NCBI GenBank assembly: GCA_028716165.1
Contig: JAQUQI010000002.1
Span: 183,829-247,828, forward strand
Source: Candidatus Omnitrophota bacterium
GTDB lineage: Bacteria; Omnitrophota; Gorgyraeia; JABMRG01
Length of the DNA: 64,000 bases
Reading direction: 5' to 3'
The first letter of the stretch is position 1. Each line of letters starts with the position of its first letter. Positions 51,801 to 63,800 of the stretch are shown here, in pieces. The notes below the pieces were generated by a model. That model had not been told where the DNA came from. It saw only the letters and a list, made by a program, of their open reading frames with translations, and made no database searches. The translations under genes and the position numbers were made by a program.

Positions 51801-54800
51801 ATGGCATCCCTGGCATGGTTAAGCCTGTATTCGGGGTCATCCGAGCTTATTAATAGAGCGCTCGCGCCGTGAGTACATGTTACTATGACAGCAAGGTCGC
51901 TAATCTCAAGTTTGAAATCCGTAAACACGCTCTGAATGGCGGAAACCTCGCGGGCTATTAATATAAGGTTTTCAAGGTCAAAACCCGTAAGCCTGGATAT
52001 CATACCAGCGCGGTTGGCAATAGCCAGCACAATATCAAGTATGCCGGCGCCTTGTTTCTTACTGTCATCAAGCAAAAGCCCGGCCAATGCCTGCCTGTCA
52101 GGATCCTCGGGCTTTAAACCAAAGAAACGGTTCTTTATGGTATTTGCTATATTAAATAATATCATACCGCTTGGGGTAAGCCTATCATTTGAGATCATGT
52201 TATTAGCGGTTAAAAACTTTATAAATTCGTCTACTTCGGATTGAGGCATTCCGGGTTCATCGTTTTCTCCTTCGGATGACAGCAATGTCTTGGCCGCGTC
52301 AACTGTTAGAGTGCCGCTTTGCAAGTCATCCGTCTGCGGGGCATTGGGTATTTTGGCCAAAGCATCCTGGCCATGCTGATTGATCTTGCCAGCTTCTATC
52401 AGGATTTTGGAATATACAGCACCGGCAGTATCGGCGAGCATATAATCCACAAGCCTCCTGCTTGTAAGATAGATGTCCTTCCAGCTTTGAGCGTCAATTA
52501 ATGACATAGGCCCCTGCTCGGAAGTATAAATATCCTGATTGTATTCGTCAAGTTTTACCTTCAAATCATTAATCGCGTTCTGTGCCGTATCAGTTTTTAC
52601 TTTCTCTAATTCTTGTATTATGTTCTGAAGCACCTGCCTGGCAATCTCGGAATTTTTGGTAAATATATTTTTCAGGATTTCGCCGGCATCAGCTTCAGGA
52701 CTGTATCTCAAGTTGACCAACGCGTCAGCAGGGTCTATCTCCAAAAGCTTGCGGAACTCTTTATCTATAATATCTCCTTCTTTTGTGCCTGGTTTGTATG
52801 TAAGCAATAAATCTTTCAGGCCCTCTTTTAAATAACCCTGGGCTATATCAGCTATGATAAAGTAATTGGTCGCGGAAACCTCCATAGCGCTCTTGACCTT
52901 GAAAGCGAATTGAGCGGCTTCAAGCATTGCCTCTCCCTTAAGTTTGTCAAAATTATCAAATTTCCCTGCTTTGAAAACTTCCAATAGTATTTGCGCCTGC
53001 GTATCGTATTTATCACAGCCTAATATATTGCTTATTATATCAATATGTTTAGCCGCGTATGCAAGGCGTTCTTTAACTATACCTTCATTCATATATACGA
53101 CCCTTACCGCCTGGTCTGTGAACGGATTGCGAAAAACCCTGTGCAGAGCCTGCTTAAGCAGGTCTTCTCCGAGATAATCAGCTACTATGTGAATATCAAT
53201 GTCTTTGACATAATTCAATCCGACTATGCCCGCCTGGTTGGTAAATACTATATGGCCCAGGTGAGCTTTATCGGCGATCTCATTAGTGTTTTCAGTCATT
53301 GCGAGAATACTATATTCAGAGCCCATTATATATTCCGCGATTTTATCAGCATTCTTATCAATATCGTCAAACCATGTGATGCAATCTTCCAGCAATTTTA
53401 TCAATTCTTTTGACTCATGATTCTTTATCGCCGCTTCTTGAAGTTGTGTAAATTTAACTTTTAGCTTCTTCGCATAATCATCCTTGTGATCTTTCAGGCG
53501 ATTAATCAGCTTTTCCTTGACTGTTTTTATCAGGCCCTCCATTTGCGCCTGAGGAGCATAATTCAGGACGGCGCCGCGGGATACAAGCGATTCCAATATG
53601 CCCGCGGACATATATTCAAACAACTCTTTGTCAGTTTGATAAAGCGAAAGAAGATGCAGGACCTTAGGCATACCTACTATTTCCTTTGCATCAAAATCCA
53701 TAATAGCATTACTAATCATGTCCTTCACTTCGGATAATTCTTTTACAAATTGGAATCCTAACTTTTCAAACTTAGGGTTATCCATACGCTCATAATCAAA
53801 TTCAAGGCCTGTCAAAGGGCCAAGTATGGCCACTATTTCAGTATAGGTTCCGGAACCGCCGGCCATATCGGCATCACGGTGCATCCTGAATATCTCGCGA
53901 AGTGTTGACTGCATACTGGTACGGCTGACGGTAAGACCTTTAGGATCTACCAGCTTGCCTTCTCCTTCTTTCCAGGCAAGCGCTATTACATAATTAATAT
54001 CCTGAAATACGCTTCCCGGACTTGCCGTGCCTGTTGAAACAGGGCCTATCTTCTGGTTTTTGGCGTCAATAAAGTAATTTTCGTCCTTGACATGTTTTAT
54101 GGCAAGTATGACAGACTGTATCTCCGATTCCTTATAGCCCAGTTCAGTGAGCGCGGCCAATGCGGCTATATTTAAGAATATCTTGCCTGTATCCTTGTTA
54201 TAATACATGTACATATCGTGATCACCATTATGCTTTCGAAAATCGTCCAATTTAGTCAATTCTGCTATCTTTATCTCTTTACCATCCTTGGTAGTATAGC
54301 CTGCTTTTGACAGAGCCGTAGTGATAATATTTAAAAGAGCTTTTATCTTGTTCACGCGTTCTTCTGAGACCTTATCGTCGCTTTGTTCAGACACATTGTA
54401 TGTCTCTCTTATCTTTATCACACTGTCAAACTCATCTATCCTTAAAAGGTTTGTGGCTTCTACAGCACTTCTTAGGCCCTCATAGCCCATGGATGATAGC
54501 ATGGTCTGCAAATGGCCCCTTGCAGTCCTGCTCATAGCAATTATGACGTGAGGATCTTTTAAATCCGATATAAACTTATTCAGCGCGTCATCATGAGTGC
54601 CAACATCAAGCGATTTCATTTTCTCCATATATTCATCGCCGCTTTTAAGTTTTAAACCAAAGGCATTTAAAACGCCAAGGGGGCTTTCATTAAGGCCTTG
54701 CGCCGACTTGCTAAGATATTTTTTAATGGCCTCTTCGCTTTCAAGTATAAACATGGCGCGAAAATCATTGCCTAATACCAGGCTCTTGGCCGCCATCTCA

Positions 54801-57800
54801 ACAGCAAAGGCAAGGGTCTTGCCGCCGCTCATGCCAAGACTGGAGAATTTGCCTTCCCAGAGGCCGAATATAAATTCTTGCTGGGCCGGCCATTTTTTAG
54901 CGGGATCTTCAATAGCAAGAAATTGAGAAACAGCCAAAGACAATGCCAAAGCATCCTTGGAATCAATTGCCCTGCCCATACTGTCAAGACGTATAAGACC
55001 ACTCTTGGCTATTGAAGCCACCGTAGGCTTTAAGGCTAACTGTAATCCCTCCAGCTTATCTTTATTTTCCTGGTAAACACCGATTTTATTGATTAATTCA
55101 AGGCGGCCATTGCTCAATTTAGCCTGCTCGGCGGGGTCTGCAGTATTTTTCAAGAGCTCGTCTATTTTGTTAACGCCATCCTCCGATGCTTTTAACACTC
55201 TGTTAAGATAATCAATGCCATGACCCTTGTTGTCTTCTAAACATTTTTTTAACACTTCAAATCCCTTGCTCATCCTATCTGCCTCTGCCGCAAAACCATG
55301 GATTTTTTTAAAGTTATTAATTTTACGCTCAATATCTTTTATAATATTATCATCAATAATACCATCTTTAATAATACCATCTTTTACTAACGCGTCTATT
55401 TTCTTTGAAATATCGCGAATTTCCTTATAATTATCTTCCAACCATTTAACCAATAAATCCCTTTTTGCTTTTATCTCTTCTTCATCTTTGGATGTTATGC
55501 TGAAAGGAGACGCCTTTAAGAACCTGGCCACCGCGCTCTTTTTGTCCGCTCCAAGTTGAGCGTACATTTGCAAATTATCCTTCATTTCCTGAAGCTTTTC
55601 GTAATCTCCATCCACGGCCGTCTTAAGCATACTAAACGGCGTGTTTGTTTTTGACGCGGCCTTGATCGTGCCCGCGATGGCCCGCCATACCTGCATATCC
55701 GACAAGCTTAAGTGGCCCGCAAGCCATGCCAACTTGGAAACATTAGGCACAGCTACGCCGTTATTGAGAAATGCCGACAAGACCTTTTCTGAAAGCGCCG
55801 GCACCAGTTTAACGACAGCTACTATATTATCGGCAAGCGCCTGGTCTGCCCTCGTTGACAAGCGTATATCGTTGATTATGCTTAAAGCAAGTTCCGCCTT
55901 CACTGTATCCAGCCCGAGATTTTCTAACTTGCCTGACTGGCCGGAGACGGCAACTATTGCCTCAAGATTCAAAATTATATCTTTAAACAGGATCCTTTCT
56001 GATGCGCCAATCGGATCTAATTTACCTTTATACTCTGAATTGTATAGGCTCTTTACAGCCTTTGCTATGTTCGGCATAGCATTTTTTATGCTATCTATAG
56101 AGTCGGAAACCTTAAAATCAATCATCCTGTTTATAAGGTTCACTGCCGCGAACACCGCCTTGTAATCAACGGTAAAGTCTGCATTATTAAACAATGACAC
56201 AAAACCGCTAACGGTATTGTCTATAGAAGAAGAATCAAATACTGCGCCAAAACTTTGGGCAAACGCGCTCATAACAGAAGGCACAAACTCCAGCCATCCC
56301 TCCTGGCCCATATTCCATGATATTTGGGTCGCGGACTCAAGCATATTCGTAAGCGCGGCCTGTTTAACCCGGACGAGGAGATTGGATTCAGTAATAATCT
56401 CCGCCCATTTGGCATAGGTGTCGCGGATCAAGATTTTTGAATCGTCAATCGTTTTTTTATTATAGTTTGGATTTAAGCTCAATCCAAGCATGGCAGAGCT
56501 TAACAGGCTTGAGGCGCGCATTGTCGCGTCCATCAGTGTATCGAACGTATCCGGGTTATTATTGGCAGGATCATAAACAAACTCGTTTAATCGTTTGTAT
56601 AAAGACAAGGTTTTTTCAAAGATCATTTCATTGAAATCAGTATATTGACTCTTAAGGGGCATCATATCTTTTATGCTATAAAGGCCGCTTATCACGGCTG
56701 TGACATCGGTTTCACTAAGATTATCCGCGGAAATGTTTGTTATAATATTGTAGATTTTCTCCGCCGCGTTAACTTTTACCTGGGTTATAAAGCCTATTTG
56801 CTTATTATCCAGGCCGATCTTGCTTATTTCAACATCATGTAATACGCTTAATGTCTGGCTTAAAGCGGTGATCTTCTCCGAATCTGTGATTTGAACATTA
56901 CTAATTACTGCTTGAGCAATGCCCGTCACCTTGCTAACGGCATGTTTAAGAATCGCATTGTCATCAACCGTGTTTATTACATACTGCAAGCCGTTAAGTA
57001 CGCTTACGGAACCAGCATCGCCCAGTTGGCCAATATCAATTTTGTTTATGGTTTTATCTATATAATTAACCAAATTGCTCCTAAATTTGGCATCAAAGAA
57101 ATTGTCTGATTCAATTAATACGCGCGCGATAATATCAAGATTATACCCATTGCTGATGTCAGGGGTCGTCATAGCGTTTATGGCTATCTGCTTCAAATAT
57201 TGATGGAATTCGCTATCCAAAGAATTATCGCTAAGGACTTTATAAACTTCATCCATCAAAAATAGGTTTGTCAAAGACGGCAAAAACTGCCCATCATTTG
57301 CCAATTTACTAAATTCTACCTTTAACAGACTGCGCGCGTCAGTTTGAGTCTGCTCATTCATTGATTTTGGTACATTGAGGGCGCGAACAAGTGTCATCAT
57401 AGACTGATTGTATTCAGACGTATTAGCCGTAACGCTATGCCCTCTGAAATAATTTAAAGCGGTATTAATATTTTCTGCAGTCAGGTTAATAGCATTGCCC
57501 GTGAGCTGAATCTCTTTTTGGAAAGTGCCCAAATCGGGTATTATATTGTTGAAGACGGTTTTTAAACCTTCATTTTTAAATACCGGATTATTTATAACAC
57601 CGTTTAAACCGTCGGCTGATACTCCAATCGCATTTAAGTTTAGAAGATGGCCGTGATTTACGGTCTGGGCAGTGCTAAACAAGCTGCGTGAATTAAGCAG
57701 CTTCATACTCATCTTTGCCTGCGTGTTTATCGTATACATATCAGCGGCATATTGCATGAAACTGTTGTTTCCATAAATTTCAGAAAAGTTTAATTTAAAT

Positions 57801-60800
57801 GCCTCGGACTGGGAGTCTATTCGTTGTAAATTGTTCAAGAAATAATTTGTCTGCGCTAGCAAGCCCGCAAGCTGAATCCTTTGTGCGTCTGTCGCATTGC
57901 CGAATACTTCTTTATAGTTATCCAATAAAACGCCGGTTGCATGTAAAACGCGTGTCAAATTTTGGCCTAATTTCATTTTGCCGAATTCCTTGCCAAGAGC
58001 CTTCATAATACTATTTCTATCAGCGCCAGAGATACCCGCAAACTGGGTGATCACGCCCAATACTTGGTCAACCCCGCTTAAAGCGTTTATATAAGCGCTT
58101 GGATTCATATTGTATGACGTGTTGCCGTCCATGCTTAAAAATTCAACGACAAACTCCTGCGTATTGTCAGGCAAGCCTGAAAGAAACATCGTTTGCAAAA
58201 GAGGCTCAACCAATGCCTCTTCACACACCCCGCCAAGGCCTCTGCTGATAAAAGCGAAGAATTTACTCTTAAAGGAATCGGCCGCGCTGCCTGTGACAAA
58301 ACTACCGAATTTTAAAATGTTCTTGCCTATAAATTTCATGCCCTCATACGAATATTTTAAAAAGAATGATCCCGCGCTTTTAATACCGAAGGAAAAAAGT
58401 GTAAGGAATGGATTAGTTGCACTCCCCATTAGAGCATTAATCGCGGTAATTGAAGTAAGCGATTGCGCATGCGATTTCACAAACTGAACAGCCTTGCCTG
58501 TCCAAGTATTAAATGAACTCTTGAGCGGGGTTATAATTTTGCTTTGCATCCATGCGCCCCCCATATTCATGACAGGGCCTAAAAGAGAGAAAAAGCCGAT
58601 AAATGCCAGGCCTTCAGGCGTGCCAACATGATTTAGTATACTGCTATATGGCGAACCACTGCCCATATAATGCGTCGTATTAAGTATATCCTTCAAAAAG
58701 CCCGGACCCATTCTGCTTACGCTATCCTGATCAAGACCGGCAAGATTTAGGCCCAAGCTAATAGCTTTTGACATAGTATGTGTCATGAAACCTAAGCCTA
58801 CAGTCATATTATATGCTGCTGCAGGAATCGTGCCTAAATAGGTAACTAAGGGTTTTATAAACCGGCCGGCAGTCGAAACAACGCTGGATACATTAGCGCT
58901 AATGAATGCGAGCTTGGCGGCACCTAAACTACCGAGGTATCCCCATGTTAATATATCAACCACTATTTCGCCTATATCCAGAACATTACCATACCAGCCC
59001 CCCCAGCCCTGGTTTTTTCTATAGAGCGTGTCAATACTCGCATAGTTTCCTAATTCGCTTGACTTTGCCCACGAACCTAAAGTAAAAATATTGCCGAATG
59101 TCACGATCAACGAGTCCACAACCCATCTTACAGAATTCCCGATTCTGTTTACCCACAAAGCGGTAGGGCTAAAAGTATCAACTGCATTATAGCTTAGCTT
59201 TGAAGGATTAAAATAACCTGTCTGTGTTATCATTTCACTGCCATACCAGTAATTAACTTTATTTTGGGCATACCCTATAAGCGAATTATCAAAATAAAAG
59301 GTATCGTAATCCTCAGGCCCGAAGACACTATTACTTCCTCTTGGAGTTGATTCCAGAGAAGATACATAATGCCCATTTTTCCAAGTGTATTCAAATTTTA
59401 TAGGCTTGCCCCAGCCATCTGAACCGCTAGCCATAAAGCCTTCTAATGCGCCATTTTTAATATGTGTATAGCTATTAATTCCGTTATAGCCTACACTGGC
59501 GGTGACAGATGTTGTTTTTGAACTGGCAGTAAAACTAAGGTTGTCGTTTTGGCCTAAATTGGAATACCATGTCCAATTGACATTATCTGGATGTAACCCT
59601 GTTTGATGAGTTATGTCCTGTATAGAGGTATCAACTCTCGCCTTGTGCTCACTGGTTAAAGAACTGTATGGCACTACTTTATCAGCGTTTATAAAGGAAT
59701 GGTTAACGCCCATAGTAAGAACGATTGGCATGCCATCGTAAAGTGTGCCGGCCGACGGCAGTCCATATCCAAGCAAGCTGGAGAAAATTTCGGCGTCAGC
59801 AGAAGTGAGAGATCCTGCAAGAGTAAAACTCCACGAAACATCATCAAACAACTGGGTGGCATTTGCTCCATTAGGCCTGACGTATTCATATCTTAATCCA
59901 TAGTTAAGGCTCTTATCTGATGCAAATCCAAATTGCCTATTATTCAGGTTAAATATCATCTGGTCCAGCTCGTTTGTCTTTTTTGGAATCCCCGCCCCTA
60001 TTGCTTGGATTTCGGCCACAGCATATGGATTGGAGGAGATATCATGTGAGGTATTTAATTGTTCTTCTTGCATCAAAGCTTGAAGCTCATTTGTGTCTCG
60101 TGTAATCTCACGAGTCAAATCGTCTATTTGTTTTTGATTACTTACTCTATACGCTTCAGTCACTTTTCCAATCACGCCCATACCTTCTTCGCTTAACCCC
60201 GGCACATCGTATGTGCCATTAAGTATGCCTTGGACAATGTCAGAATCCATATCTATCAAATGCCCGCCTTGCTTAATCCAGCCCTGATTAATCGCAATCT
60301 CGTATAAACCTGTAATTACATTTTCGCCTCCATCATTTAATGCTAGATTTGTCAACAATACTCCAAGGGCCATTGGGTACATACCTGCTTTACCTCCGGC
60401 AATTGAAGCGGGCACAATCCTGAAGCGTTCTATACCGTGCTCTCTATAATAAATAGGCTCATAATTGTCAAGAGTCAAATCGTCATGCGCTTTTTTAGCC
60501 ACGACAATCTTGCCGGTTTCTTCTGCTGTGAAAGAATTGCTGTAAGCTGTTAAGGCATTCGTTACGTTGTCGTGGGCTATACTATAATTGTAAATACACT
60601 CTTTTATAGTACTAACTTTGTCTTTAATACGTGTATCTTTATTAATAAAATCTTTCGCGAATAACTTAAAGCCTTCTTCGCAATCAAATGGAGCAAACGC
60701 TTCTTTGGCTTTTACAACATTCTGGCGTAAGGTAGCAATGTTTTGTGGAATGTCGCCAATTATGCCAATATTATTTGGCATCTTCGTAACATCTTTTAAG

Positions 60801-63800
60801 GCATTATAAACTTCTATTTGGGCCTCAACTTTGCCAATTTTGCTTTCCTTTGTAGCTGTAATATATTTTTCTTGTGGACTACAAACTTCGTCTAATGTGT
60901 AACCAATTAAATCAACCAAGCGAGTGTTTGCTTGTTCTAATGAAGTAAAATTATTTTCTTCCAAGAACGAGCTCATTACGCCTGACCCGAGCGGATCGCC
61001 ATACTCTTTTTTGAATGTAGTATAACCGGTTAAGGGATTGTCGTATTTCACGCGTATTGCATCAGCCTTGGCAAAAATAACTTGGGACGCATTAGTAATA
61101 TTCGTAGTCAAAGTTTCAATATTTTTTCTGATGTCTTTGCACGTCGCGTCATTTAGAATAATTGTAGCATACAAGCTTCCCAATTCGCTTCCCGACGCAT
61201 ATTGCTCATCAGGGCCTAATGAAGAGCCATAATTGTGCCCAGTAATCTCAAAAATCCTTTGCTTCGCCGCATCAGGGTCCATTCCATTATCCCTTATGAA
61301 ATCAGTTTTTAATCCATTAAGACTCACGTCTTGTTTCAGATAATCAGCTTTAAAGTCTTCAAAGGTCATATTTTTCCAAGTTTCAAGTTGGCTAATATAG
61401 CCCTTTAGCTTCCCTTCATCTGTCTCAGTCATTTTATTCTTTTGGGTTGTAATTGTTTTATATTGGGGGTTGGCATTATATGCTGCTTCGCTTAAAATCT
61501 TTCCTACGGCAGTGTCGTACGCAGCCTTCGCTGTACCAGTAGCTGCTTTAGCATTTTCCCATGAACTATTGGCTGTACTAGCCTCACCTTCTGCCGTTAA
61601 CAGATTACCGGTTTTTATTCTTAGATCATTTTCTAAGCCGGCGATCTTTTCATTACCGCTGTACGAATAAGAGCCATAATATTCATTTCGATACGACTCA
61701 GATTCATAGTATTTAACATCCTTATCAATCTGTTTTACCCGTTCGTCTTTTATGCCAATCTGTTCTTCTACACGTTGTAATTCTTTTTCCTTTAATGAAA
61801 GAGCATTAAGACTCGATATCTTGGTTTCCAAATCAGCTATATCTGATACCAAAGCAGTATATGCTGCTTGATTCGGAAGAATTTTTTCCATTGCACTTTT
61901 AATGTTGGACTGCTTGATTTTTGCTTGATCAATGCCATATTGTGTCTGCAATCTGTTTTTTTCATGCGTCAGGTTAACTAAGTCTTGCTGGGCTGTAGTT
62001 ATATTATTTTGGAATGTATCCTTTATGGCTTTATTTTTTGGATCGTCCCGATATCCTTCATTCATTGTAATTCGTGTTTTGATTTTGGCAAAATCCGCCT
62101 CTTTAGGAAATACATAAGTTAATTCATAAGCTTTTTTGCTGTCATTTGTCCCTGCTGCGAAATATGCATTGCTAAGTTTATTATACTCATCTCTTTTGTC
62201 CTTTTTAGTTTTTAATTCACTTTCTAAACTCTCCATATTCTTTCCGGCTATCCCAGACATGCTATTTATATCGCTCAAGAGGCTTACCTTATCAGTTCTT
62301 AGCTTTTGTAGTTCTGCTTGAAGGCCCCTTCTTTCAGTATACAATGGTGTTAGAATATCTTGCAAATGCGTTGCAAAAGCACTACTCCTAACTGTTGTCT
62401 TTGCATTAGTAACCTGAGTTTCAAGGGATCCTTTTTCATATTCAAGTGTTTTCACTTTATCATTAGCAGTGTTTAGAGCCGTTAACGCTATAGCTTCAGC
62501 AACAACAGCGGCATCCCACGCTGTTTTCAAACCTTCTATACCGAGAGAAGATTCTAAACTGCTTTTGTATGATGAATAATTGATTCTTGTTTTTGTTATT
62601 TCTGTTGTCGGTAAATTTTGCTTTTCTAATTCTATCTCTGCTTCTAACCCATTATATTTAGATTGAAGTACCCAATTATCAGGAGTATTTATGTCTACAT
62701 TATAATAATAAGTATCCAATGCCCCAGTGAGCTTGCTAAGCTCTGCTTCTAATCTTGTTTTTTCACCACCAGCACCTTTTACAGCCGCAGTTTCGGCATC
62801 CGTAAGATTTCCACGCGCGGTTATTAGATTATTAATCCAACCATTGATAATTGTCAAATCTATGGACTCATCTATTCCCACCGTTACACCGCCGGAAGTG
62901 TATTCTGGAACACTAATGCCAGCTCTAGAAAGTGCTCTCTTAAGATTTTCCACGCCGCTCCCGATCCCTTTTAGATAACTCGTATAAGCATTAGAAATTT
63001 GAGTTTCATCTGTCGAGTGTTGCTTAGTAGACAAATATCCATCTATTATCGTCTGAGCCTCTTCTACATTATTTAAGTTTGATGTTCTTATTGATGAGAT
63101 TTTACTATCAATAGCCTCATCTAAGTCTTTCTGCGCCGTAGAACTGGCGCCTTTTAGGCTATCCCATGCGTCTTCTAGAAATACACCAGAACTATTCGTT
63201 ATTTGAGAATAATAAAGCCGTTCGTACAATACCGTGTACTCTCCTATTTCTATATTCAAATTATCATAGTTTGTTTTATAATTATCATACACGTTTTTAT
63301 CAACAAAAGATTTGACATCTATAAATTTTGGTACCTTATAAGGAGCGCCATAGCTGTCTATGCCCTGACCGGATAAGTCAGTTAACGCGGTTTCAACATT
63401 ATTGTGCAGTGTTAAAGTCTCCTGCCATTCCTCGTAAAGGCTTCTCTTCTTTTCTTCATACGCCTTTTTCGCATCGGTTATAGTCTTCGCCGGTTGGATG
63501 CATTGGACGGTTAAGTCCGCAAGTTCTTCCTGAGGCATAATATGCTCTGTAATCAGGTCCGTCAATGACGCAATATCCTGCGATACAAACAACCCGAGAG
63601 TATCCCAATCAGTTTGTACTTTATACTCACCCTTATCGCTGTCATAAGTAATGAATATTTTTGAGAAAATATCGCCTTCTCGGATGTCAGAGTTTAATGA
63701 CTTGATTACGTCGTCTTGAATAGTTTCAATTATATTATAAAACGCATTTATGGTGGCTTCCGCTACAGTAGGCTGTTCACCATCCGCAATGTTCCTCTTT

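Noticed and set aside
53350-53420. GMSGGKT-like stretch (…SSLGMSGGKTLAFAV…) in the giant protein as a Walker A/P-loop
   Set aside because: The spacing is Gx3GKT rather than canonical Gx4GK[ST]. No Walker B/DEAD box could be identified downstream. The coordinates are approximate because the motif was located by eye.
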